Assembly (NCBI GenBank): GCA_965649825.1
Contig: OZ287694.1
Coordinates: 805,197 to 869,196 of the forward strand
Reading direction: 5' to 3'
Source of the DNA: Penicillus capitatus
Taxonomy: Eukaryota; Plantae; Chlorophyta
Length of the DNA: 64,000 nt
Shown here: positions 12,895 through 23,173 of the stretch, in pieces
How the letters are laid out: each line of letters begins with the position of its first letter
Position numbering within the stretch: position 1 is the first letter of the stretch
Program-made: the position numbers and the translations under genes
The notes under the pieces: generated by a model
Databases searched by the model: none
Seen by the model: the letters and a program-made list of their open reading frames with translations, nothing else
What the model was told of the DNA's origin: nothing

Positions 12895-13674
12895 GAAGAC
12901 CGATGCTGAATGCACCTTACGTCGGCGAAAAACCACAACAACAATTCCATTCGTTTCGAGATGCAAGCAGCTGTGTCGCCTAGATTTTCGTGGCGATGTG
13001 ACTGCCACGTGGAAAGGGGTCCTGCGCTTCGAGGGGCACTCGATGTCTTTTCAGAGAGCCTTCTGAGATCTCGAGGGGCGCTTTTCCTTGGCTCTCGTTC
13101 GACGCTGACTCATCCTGCCCAGGGGTCACCTCACTATCCGGGTATTTGACAGCGAACTCGAGCCTTTCGATCCATTCTCCGAACGCTTGTTCTTTCTTTC
13201 TCGCGACTGCGAACTCCCGCTGAGCATTTCCGTCGAGACGCAGTCGCCGCCGCATCTTCATTGCGATCCCATCTGAGCCTCTGTCAGAGGCTCACGTTGT
13301 TCTACGCGGCCTCAGCCGAAGACGTGCCGCACAGTTCAGCCTGGCACCCTATGGTGCAACGACGCGCGCGGTCAGAGACGCCTCAGAAAAGCGCTTGGTC
13401 GGGCGGCTGTCGAGAAGAATGGCCGAGGTACCCTCGGATCCCTTCCGCGCCCTTCGACGGTCCTCCACTCGTGCTGAGCACGGACTTTGACATCGGTAAG
13501 ATTACGATGGCTCATGACGAATGACTAACGGTAATATTTGCAGGATCTACGTTCATCTTGGTAGTTGATCAGTGTGGAATGCTACCTGCCCTGGTTCTGC
13601 AGCCAAGTCTGTCAAAGCCATTCCAGCCGATTTTGAAAATGCCACTCAACTGCGCCAGCTCCACCAGTTAAGCA

Positions 13675-14026
13675 CCATCAATGATCCTGCACCGGAATCG
13701 TCTGAAGCCATCCAGACCAAAGCAGATGCCAATCTCCTCTTGTGCACGAAGAAATCGAGCCAGATCCGATCGATGGATCTGTAAAGAGATCACCTGCCTG
13801 CCAGCTCGCATCTCCTGTCGAAGAGGAGACGCCTACGACGCACGAAGACAGCCAGAGCATGCTTGGCTAAGATCCCCGTACATGAGTCTGTCGATGATCT
13901 GCCTTTGATGCAGATCATCGCAGACCTTGTACATAGCTATAGCTACTCCATGTGCATGAGTCTGTCGATGATCTGCCTTTGATGCAGATCATCACAGACC
14001 TGCACATGGAGGCTCTCAACAAGCCA
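13675..14026 (+). repeat. Direct repeat R1 (with 2 hairpin units)
   Basis: Aligns with 16923-17361 at roughly 85-90% by eye. Palindrome cores GATGATCTGC-CTTTGAT-GCAGATCATC at 13893 and 13967. Confidence 0.9.
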
Positions 14027-16922
14027 TATCTACACCAATGTGCACAAGTCTTCCGAAGCTCTGCCAGTCGAAGCAGTGCAACGAGGTCCTGCACATGAAG
14101 ACAACTCGACTGTTTTCATGTGTCGATGCCGCATTGAATCGAACTCGGCAAGCAATGGAGCAGGACTGAGTGTCTACCAAAGAGCAAGCGTTGCGCTCGA
14201 GAACTCCACAGTCTTATCCAACCGTGCAGCCAACCTCGGTGGAGGCATTTACAGTCATGGCCCCACATTCAGTACAAGAGACGTCACTTTTCAGAATAAC
14301 TCTGCTGGTGACCAAGGGGGAGCGTTGTTTGGAGACCAGTTGAGTGTCTTGACAATCGCAGAATCGATCATCAACGGCAGTAGATCCAGATACGGAGCTG
14401 GCATCTTTGGCCGTGTGAACAGCAGTGTGACGATCCGTCTCAGCGATATACAACACAATCTGGCGACTGTAGCCGGAAGTGGAGTCCATTCGGAGAATTC
14501 AGTCGTGAACGTGCATCAGAGCTCCTTCTCAAAAAACAAAGCATCCATTGGTGGTTCATTGTTGCTCGTACATTCATATCTGCATGTGGACAACGCCAGC
14601 TTTTGGGACGAGGTGGCCACACAATCTGGACGGTCGATGGCCTTGATGCAGAACAGTTCAGCAGCGGTGATCGATGTGTTCGTCAAGAACTGTGCGGTGA
14701 GGACGGGAGGCGGAATAACACTTTCTGGATCGAATATGACATCTTCCGAACTGTGGATCTCCGCGTGCCGCGCTGAAGTTAAAGGCGGCGGCGTCTTCGC
14801 AAACAGATCATCGAGATTCCTGTCATCCAGCTCTTCATTCAGCGACAATGAAGCTGGAGAACATGGCGGCGTTGCCTTCGAATCGGACGAGCCACAGCAT
14901 CTGGCACTGCAGCTGAACGAATGTGCATTCAATTATAACAGTGCTCATTTAGGAGGTGCGTCTAACGACCTGCGATCATCCATTCTGAACACACACGTGT
15001 GCAGGTGCTGTCCATGTGTCTACTGGTTACGGACCGAGAAGCTGTTCCCGGACCAATGCTTCGTGCACATTCGTCGCCGTAACTGGCTGCCGTCTCTTGG
15101 GAAACAGCGCCGACGTTGCAGGTGGCGGCATCTTTGTGCAAGATGCCAATATCTTGCGCTACTCATGTGGCAGCAAGAAGACAAGCCGTCCCACCAGAGC
15201 TGCACTCGAACAAGACCCTCCAGAAACTCGACACCTTCCGTCCAAATCGCGAAGCGTGTTCCGATTGGGAATCAAACGATGCCCATCGCTACGGACCGAT
15301 TCTTGCGTCCTATGCCCAGTCCACTCGGGCATTCATCGAGAACCCAGAGAATCCAAACGAAGAGGCACGCGTCAAAGATCATCGAGCCGTTGTTCGCAGT
15401 CACAGAAGTGGAGATCCCCTTCCGTCGCTTTTCGTTGACGTTGTGGATGGATTTGGCCAGAACCTGTCCCTCGGCAGAGAAGATGCAGTCATTCTGGCAA
15501 CCATCTCGTCTCCGGATCGGTTCATTTCTGGAGAACTGACGGTGCCCCTAGACGAGCAGCCTAAACCGTTTCCAGCGATTTCAAATCTCCAGCATCCAGG
15601 AGTCTACGAGATTCATATCAATTTCAGCGAACCTGGACTGCCAGCTCTCCTGATTGAAGTCGAAGTTCGGAGCTGTCGGATTGGCGAGTTTGTCCAGGAG
15701 AACGGCACGCTCTGTGTGCAATGCAGTGGATCGCAGTACAATTTCAAATCCAATCACTCTGCCTGCGTGCCTTGTCCGGAACATGGAAACTGCACGACCG
15801 GTGTCATCCACCCGGACAAGGGATACTGGCACCGAATCCCGTGTTCGCAGTACACGCAACAGTGTCTCTCGAAAGAGGCTTGCGGCTTCGCCGAGCGTGA
15901 GGCGGATCTGATGGCGGCAACGCAGGATGTGGACAGCTGTGATTACAATGAGACGCTGGACACGGCATACACCGAAGCACAGTGCAAAAAAGTGATCTCT
16001 ATTGACTGGCGTCCACATATCTATGGATGGAGTGATATGGCCTAGGGATATACGGGTGTTCTCTGTGGATCGTGTGAATCGGGATATGGACGCTCACTTG
16101 CCTTCAACTGTGGCAAGTGTTACAGCGATTTCGCCGCAGCTGGACTCTTCGTGCTCTCTCTGATTGTGCTGTTCGGTCTTTCGTGCTTTGCCATTCGAAG
16201 CAATCTTCCCAGAAAACGTGTGACACCCTCCACGGCTTCTAGAGTCAGCCGAAGGAATCGTATTCCAATTGTGCAAGCCGAACAGCATGTGACGGATGTT
16301 CCGGTCGATTTTCAGATGGTGGAAATGCTACAGAGTGGATACGTACCGCCAGAGATCGTCCATCCAGACCTGATCATGTCCGCCGCTCTCCAAAAGAGAA
16401 CGAAAGACGATCCAGTATTGGCCGAGAACCACATCGTCGAGATCTTCAAAGTGCGCCATCTCTGCATACCCTGGCTCAGAATATTGACCGCTCTCTTGGA
16501 CTGTCAGATCACGGTCAACTTTCTCCAAATTGTGGCATCCGCTGCGACCATCAATGCAGGCTGGAACACGTGGATGCTTTCGTTGCTCTCGGCAGCAGGT
16601 AAGGACGTGACGTGCCGTGATCCGGTGTCTACGGTGTATGCGATTGGCAGATTTTGTGAGTGGAGCCGCATCTGAGGGCATCGTGCTCTCCATCGACTGT
16701 TTCTTCGGTGCAGAACAGGAACCCGCTCGGTCCATCATTCGAACATTGATCTATCTGCTGGTTCCTGTTGCCGTTCTGACGTTCTACATTGCCTTCTGGC
16801 TGACGCTGATGTGGACACTCGATGAAAATGCGTGGTACTTTGCCAGGAGAGCACTGCTGAGTCTTCTGGTCACGTGGCCTACCTGACCTACGTCTCCATC
16901 ACCCGTACAGCAGTCAATCGAG
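14027..16922 (+). pseudogene. Truncated polymorphic-membrane-protein-like (FxxN/GGA beta-helix repeat) protein with Cys-rich and TM regions
   Basis: Repeats such as FQNNSAGDQGGALF, FSKNKASIGG, FSDNEAGEHGG; then CVQCSGSQYNF..CVPCPEHGNC and TM helices. Apparent frameshifts near 15190 and 16872. No native N- or C-terminus. Confidence 0.75.
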
Positions 16923-17361
16923 CCCAATCGATGACCCCGTACCAGATTCGTCTGAAGCCATCCAGACCGAAGCAGATGCCAATCACCTCTCGTGCAAGAA
17001 GCAAAATCGAGCCAGACCCCATATCGATGGATCTGTGAAGAGGTCACCTGCCTGCCAGCTCGCATCTCCTGTAGAAGAGGAGACGCCTACGACGCACAAA
17101 GACAGCCAGACCATGCTTGGCAAGAGGCCTGTACATGAGTCTGTCGATGATCTGCCTTTGATGCAGATCATCGCAGACCATGTACATAGCTACACATCTG
17201 TGCATGAGTCTGCTGATGATCTGCCTTTGATGCAGATCATCACAGACCTGCACGTAGCTATATCCAACAGGCCATAGCTACCCATGTGCATGAGTCTGTT
17301 GATGGTCTGCCGTTTGATGCAGATCATCACAGACCTGCACATGGAGGCTCTGAACAGGCCA
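16923..17361 (+). repeat. Direct repeat R2 (with 3 hairpin units)
   Basis: Homologous to 13675-14026. Palindrome cores at 17146, 17215 and 17301. Confidence 0.9.
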
Positions 17362-19130
17362 GAGAATGACGTCCCCACCGGACTCTCCTTCTTCGTCTCA
17401 AGCCCCTGGAGCAATTGCATCCATGAATCTATCGGGTCATTCAGGTTCTGGAGAAAATGCACCGATGGATTAAATGGCTCCTCGAAAACACGAATCCTCT
17501 CTTCTCAAGCTGGACAGGCCAGAGACGATGGCAGCGATCTTACATCCAATACCATTATTGCCTCCGCCGTGTTTCAAGATGATGGACTGGCAGTTTAGAA
17601 GGTCTCGTTCGACTATTGATTGGCAAACCTGCTGGAGTGACACCGCCAAGCATCCCTTAGCAACCCCCAGACGATTAATGGACCGACAAGATTCTCTTCC
17701 ATGACGACGGAGTCTCCGATGCCACTGCAGAATGTCCAGTTGCATCACCTCCTCGACTCACACTCGAGTCCAGAATTCCCATGCCATACGTGTCCATAAT
17801 GGCTGAAAATCCAGCCATCGAAGAAATGGAGCACTACTTCTTCCTTATCACTCCCACTGCGCCCAATCGTCCCTTCAGCGAACTGCTTAGTGATCTCAGA
17901 GGAGATCAAACCGCTGGTGTTGTGGAACTCGCGGAGCTCAGCATCACTCTGTATCTCAATTCTGCTTCGGGATCGAGGTTAGACAATTGGGTGACAGAGA
18001 AGATACAAAGAACACCCTCTCCTGTTTTTTGACTGTGACATCGTAATGTGAGATGCTGCTCTTGTGTGTTAAACATATTGTCTTTGCAGTGACAGCTGTG
18101 TATAAGCATCATCCATCGTTAATCGATTTTCAACTCGGCACGTGCGTTACGCGACCACGTTGAGCGACAGCGTTGCAGCTAGAACCATCGCCGGAATCTT
18201 ACAACAAGGAATCAACACAAGAGTGTAGGTGGTGCACAAAGCAGGCGAACTCTGGTTCAGGTGACGGATCTCTCGACATGTGTATTGTCCTCTGGATGTA
18301 GAAGACTTCTTCGATCACGATTGCGTCTACGTCGTCCGACCAGATCTCCGTCGCAGATGGGCAGAGAGGTCTCTTCCTTGTCATCGTGTGTCCCTTGACC
18401 GAACAACGTCAACACCGACCTCCATGGCCAATGGACCATCTCTGGTTGCCGAGATGTTATGCAAATGTGCTGAGGTCCGCAAGACCTATGCATCGTTGCG
18501 AGACATGTCATTCCTAGGGTTTGACTTCGTATTTCCAGTAAAGATCCCGCAGGTATTGAGCGTTCCGCGGAGAGTCGCGCGAAACTGTAATGTTTTGGAG
18601 AAAAAGAGAGACAACGTTACGTGCCTTGAATCCAATCTACATTGTCAGGTGCTTCTGCTTAATTGTCTGTTTCTTGAGGGAGCGTCATGCGAACTCCCTT
18701 GTCTCAATGTTGCCTCGTTCTGTGCGACATGCGTTGCTAGAGAGAGCATGGCTCTCTTTGGTCTGCATCCTGTCCTGTCTCTTTAAAGAGTCTGTTCCCT
18801 ATGCATTGGTGGCTTTCAGATTCAAAGCTTTAGCATTCGACTGTTTCGACAATGTCCTTGCAGACAGCAAAGTTCTGTCGACACTGAAGATAAGGCGTTC
18901 GCTGCATATCATTGAGTTCGCAGTCCTTTCCCTTTTGTGAGCGATGTGGACATGGATCAGACGATGAGGAGGGCAGTGGTCGGGTTTAGTCACATGTTCT
19001 CGGTGACAAAACCCTTGACAAACGCGTCTATATTCTTTTAGCTGAGAGGGGAAGCCAATTCGAAGGACTGGAGCCAGTTGACCGCGCGGTTTCTAAGACA
19101 TACCATACTCAACTATGGATTTAGGGAAGG

Positions 19131-19285
19131 CCGTTTCGGCCTTGCAGGCAATAAACTGGGACAGATCGAAAATCTAGGGGCTACTGAAGTGAGATAAATG
19201 CCTTTCTACAAAATGCACAAGCAAGAGATGCCCGCGTATTAGATGTCAGATCAGTTTGACAGTCTCGTTTTCTCGGACAATGCCA
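19131..19285 (+). pseudogene. SNRPA1: U2 snRNP A' 5' fragment (exon NKLGQIENLGATE + intron + start of the next exon)
   Basis: Matches rc(42103-41948). Ends at GACAATGCCA, exactly where the 11945 fragment begins. Confidence 0.85.
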
Positions 19286-19353
19286 ACATGGAGAACATGT
19301 CCCATGAAAAACTGCGTCCTTTCGCGGACAACATCCTCGAGCGTATGCGCATC

Positions 19354-20037
19354 CTATTGTGATGTGACAGGTGCCGAGATCGGCTCCGATATCGACTGGT
19401 TGACGGGGACGACGCAGATCGATGTCCGGTAACGACTTGTTCCCGTTCTCCCCTCTTCGCCCGCACTTCCAATGCGCGTACTATACGAGATATACGTCAA
19501 TGTATTCCTCTCCCGGTCATAGATCCGTCGGATCCTCAATGTCTTGTTGCCAAAGACTAACAGCGTTCGACTTTTGGTCTCTGAGAACACTTGCTTCCCT
19601 TCGGGCCCACCCAAGACACTCATTTCCGGTAGGGTAATGGGTCCTGTCGCTGCACAGGTAACAGAAGACTGCGAGGGCTCGTTGATAAAATCCATGCTCG
19701 CGACTTTGTCTGCGAAGGATCTCTTGAAATCCGACAGATAGAGGGTGACGCCTTTGACGACTGGATCTTCCACCGCCATCACTTCGACGGCGTCTTTGAA
19801 AACGAGACCACTCGCATTGAACTCGCCAACTTTGCGCGCTTCCAAAGCAGAAACGGAGAAAACGAGCGATGCCGTGCAGAGACCGACAAGACCGACGCCG
19901 AGCGCGATCTTACGCGACGTCCCAAGAACCCAACGCGGCAGCGATGGTGCACAGTGTGAGACGCGAGGTGTGGAGCAACAGACAAAGTGTGAGATACGCG
20001 ACATCTTTAGTGGCGTGGCGCGATGGACCGACTGCAT
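19354..20037 (-). CDS. CreA-family protein (PF05981-like) with putative organellar transit peptide
   Basis: VEDPVVKGVTLYLS, SSVTC..TGPI, KQVFSE, RIYDRERNTLTYISYS and ICVVPV follow the E. coli CreA pattern recalled from memory. Intronless. Confidence 0.75.
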   Translation of the reverse strand: MQSVHRATPLKMSRISHFVCCSTPRVSHCAPSLPRWVLGTSRKIALGVGLVGLCTASLVFSVSALEARKVGEFNASGLVFKDAVEVMAVEDPVVKGVTLYLSDFKRSFADKVASMDFINEPSQSSVTCAATGPITLPEMSVLGGPEGKQVFSETKSRTLLVFGNKTLRIRRIYDRERNTLTYISYSTRIGSAGEEGRTGTSRYRTSICVVPVNQSISEPISAPVTSQ

Positions 20038-20101
20038 CTCGCGAATGATGCACGTACGTCAGGATGCAATTGGCCATGTCTCTGCTTTACCCTCCGTCCT
20101 T

Positions 20102-20350
20102 TCATTTTTTGGACTTCTTATGCGGTCCACATTTTCGCGTCGGCGCAAACTCGCCGAATTTGTGCCCAATCATGTTCTCCGTGATCGTGCGCTTGATAAA
20201 CTTGTGCCCGTTGTGGATCTTGGCCGTGAATCCCACGAATTCTGGCAGGATCATCGCCGCGCGTTGCAGAATGAACGCCTCGCCGGATTTCCATTCTTCC
20301 ACTGTCGGCATACGAAACGGCGGCACGCCTTTCCAAACGGACCTCGGCAT
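20102..20350 (-). CDS. rps19: Nucleus-encoded mitochondrial ribosomal protein S19 (uS19m)
   Basis: MPRSVWKG start (mitochondrial type), [28 protein letters not shown]. Confidence 0.85.
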   Translation of the reverse strand: MPRSVWKGVPPFRMPTVEEWKSGEAFILQRAAMILPEFVGFTAKIHNGHKFIKRTITENMIGHKFGEFAPTRKCGPHKKSKK

Positions 20351-20456
20351 GGTTGTCGGTACGCACCGCCACAACCTTCACCAATTCCGTTGCTGATGAC
20401 GACAATCGATCGTGCATTCCATTTTGATTTCCGGCGGCGCTTGTGCCTACCGAACC

Positions 20457-21041
20457 ATGCGTCAGATATTATCGACTCGTGCGATCGACCTGCCAGATGA
20501 CGTCGACGTCTCCGTCCGTTCGCGTATTGTGACGGTCAAGGGACCACGCGGCACACTGGAACGAAGCTTCAAGCATATCCAAATCGATATGTATATCAAA
20601 GAGGAGGAAGGGCAGAAGAAACTCCGCGTGGATGTGTGGTTTGGCAAGCGGAAAGCGACGGCGGCGATTCGAACCGTGACCTCTCACGTGCAGAATATGA
20701 TCACGGGAGTGACCAAAGGCTTCGAATATAAGATGCGACTCGTCTATGCGCACTTTCCCATTAATGTCAATATCATCGACGGCGGCAAGACCCTGGAGAT
20801 TCGCAATTTTTTGGGCGAGAAGAGAGTGCGCGTGGTGAAGATGTTGAAGGATGTCCAGGCCGATCGATCCGGATCGGTGAAGGATGAATTGGTGCTTTCT
20901 GGAAACGACGTCGAACTCGTGGGGCGATCGGCGGCGCTGATCCATCAGAGCTGTCTTGTCAAAGGCAAAGACATTCGAAAATTTCTGGACGGCATTTACG
21001 TTTCGGAGAAGGGTCTTGTGGTCAAAGACGAAGAGGAATGA
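20457..21041 (+). CDS. RPL9: 60S ribosomal protein L9 (uL6), intronless
   Basis: [54 protein letters not shown]. Confidence 0.97.
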   Translation: MRQILSTRAIDLPDDVDVSVRSRIVTVKGPRGTLERSFKHIQIDMYIKEEEGQKKLRVDVWFGKRKATAAIRTVTSHVQNMITGVTKGFEYKMRLVYAHFPINVNIIDGGKTLEIRNFLGEKRVRVVKMLKDVQADRSGSVKDELVLSGNDVELVGRSAALIHQSCLVKGKDIRKFLDGIYVSEKGLVVKDEEE

Positions 21042-21076
21042 CATCGTATATCAACTGCTGATGTTGTTTCTTATTG

Positions 21077-22945
21077 TTAAGCGACTTTGGATACGACACC
21101 GGCACCGACGGTACGGCCGCCTTCGCGTACGGCAAACCGTAGACCAGGTTCGATCGCGATCTCTTCGACAAGGTGAACGGTCGCCGAGACATTGTCCCCA
21201 GGCATCACCATTTCCACACTTTTTGGAAGCTCAAACTCACCTGGTCACACTTTTAGACGTCACATCGCAGCCTCTGAGTGTGACCTGTGATATTTGCTGT
21301 GCGAAAGAAGAACTGAGGACGGTAACGGGAGAAGAACGGTTTGTGTCGGCCGCCTTCTTCTTTGGTCAAGGCATAGAGCTCCGCTTCAAATGTTTTGCAG
21401 GTTTTGATGGTCCCAGGAGCAGCGACGACTTGACCTGAACATCTCACTCATTGATGGTCACACAAATGATGACTGATTAGATGAATGACCTCGGTAGACC
21501 TCGGATCGTTTGAGCCCTCGTAGCAGCAGTCCGACATTGTCACCGGCCTGTCCTTGGCCAAGGGATTTCTTGAACATTTCCACGCCTGTCACCGTCGTTT
21601 TCTGTTTCTCCTTGAATCCCACGATCTCTATCTCATCGCCAACCTTGATCACTCCTGTGAAGGGGTCGTTATCAAGAGTGTTGTAAAATGCAGGGGATGG
21701 ATTGCCTTTTTCGACGCTTCCTGTGGCGACGGTCCCTCGACCGGGAATACTGTAGACGTCTTCGACAGGCATCAGAAAGGGTTTGTCCAAATCTCGCGTC
21801 GGCAAAGGAATGCTCTCATCCACAGCTTTCATAAGCTTTATGATCGACTCTCTGAACGCAAACGCATCGTTCTCCGACACACTCTTGCGATCGCCCACTT
21901 TCCGAGCTTTGGATTTTCGTTGTTCATAGCACAGAGGGCTGACCCATGCACAAAAGACGTCGCATCGCCATCGAATCTACATTCCTTGCGTCTATTATGT
22001 ACTCAAGAGATGTGTGATGTCACACTTGTAGAATGAAAGGAGATCTCGAACTTCCATTTCGACCAATTCCAATAACTCTTCATCGTCGACCAAGTCACAC
22101 TTGTTCAGATAGACCACCATCGCTGGCACACCAACCTGTCCTCTCACCTTTCCAGTCCACATAGAGTGATGATCACGGAAGACCTGCCGGGCAAGAAGGA
22201 TGTGCTCCCTTGTCTGTGGCATTGGTCCATCCTGTGCAGAGACAACCAAAATAGCGCCATCCATCTAAACCGACACATCACACAATTTCCATAAGGTCAC
22301 ACATCTCTCTCACTTGCGCGGCGCCGGTGATCATGTTTTTAATGTAATCTGCGTGGCCCGGGCAGTCCACATGCGCATAGTGGCGGTTATCTGTCTCGTA
22401 TTCGACTAACACCACATGCAGCTGTCAGTCACATCACACCATTCTGTCTCGTCAGCCCGTTCTCACCAATAGCTGTCGAGATCGTAATGCCTCGTGCTTT
22501 CTCTTCTGGTGCCTGATCGAACAGATCCGATCATACAGATCCGGTGAATAGCATTTACTTTGTCGATCTGATCATAGGCACGTTCCTTTGCCTGTCCCAT
22601 CTCTGCCAAGACCTAAGCGCATCTCTGAGAGAATGCACGCACGATTTCTTTGTTCCTGCCTTCGTGATCGCTGCCGTCAGTGTTGTCTTGCCATGATCCA
22701 CATGTCCAATCGTTCCGATGTTCACGTGAGGTTTCTTTCGCTCGAAAACCTCAGTGGCTAGACTCCGATTCAAAAATGACACAACAGACCATCCGCCGCC
22801 TCCGCTATGCAACAGGATCCTGTCGCTGAACGATCGGGATGGTATTGGCAGACGTGGGTATGGACGGAGTTGATCCTATGGGCCATGAACACCACGTCGA
22901 CGCAAGGGATCGTCGCATCGCCTCGGCGAACTGTCGACGCATCAT
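21077..22945 (-). CDS. TUFM: Mitochondrial elongation factor Tu (many short introns)
   Basis: Presequence [12 protein letters not shown]; [36 protein letters not shown]; ends [13 protein letters not shown]. Confidence 0.95.
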
Positions 22946-23173
22946 CGTGACGGCCGTCATCGCTGACGTCGGTCGGTGTCGATCTCTTCTTCGACACGCG
23001 CGTGTTCTTTGGGTATCGCGTTTAAACGCCCGTCCACGGCGTCCTCTCCTTGGTGTCTGTCTCTCAATACGGGCACGCAGGCGGTGCGGGTCCCGTTCGG
23101 CTCGACACGATCGATCGACGTCTTGTCAAGACGGTGGCGGCAAGGTCGTGCCCATTGAAGATTTGAAGCGACG

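Larger units (their letters stand above)
11945..19285 (+). repeat. Segmental duplication copy A (inverted and circularly permuted relative to 41007-47877)
   Basis: Manual alignment: 11945-12894 = rc(41949-41007); 13044-19087 = rc(47877-42588); 19131-19285 = rc(42103-41948). Confidence 0.95.

Noticed and set aside
13878-17343. CRISPR array interpretation of the palindromic repeats with spacers
   Set aside because: Only 2-3 units per array, spacers are short and related to each other, there are no cas genes, and the context is eukaryotic and intron-rich.
13675-17361. LTR retrotransposon interpretation of R1/R2
   Set aside because: No TG...CA termini, PBS, PPT or TSD recognised, and no gag/pol similarity in the interior.
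11945-19285. Helitron or DNA transposon as the cause of the duplication
   Set aside because: No TIRs, TSD, 5' TC / 3' CTRR with subterminal hairpin, or transposase/RepHel ORF seen. The ends fall inside a U2A' exon.
20102-20350. Recent NUMT or plastid rps19
   Set aside because: The N-terminus is mitochondrial-type, base composition matches nuclear genes and there is no flanking organellar sequence.
19745-20500. 251-aa + strand ORF
   Set aside because: Antisense shadow of the CreA and rps19 genes; no protein-like features.
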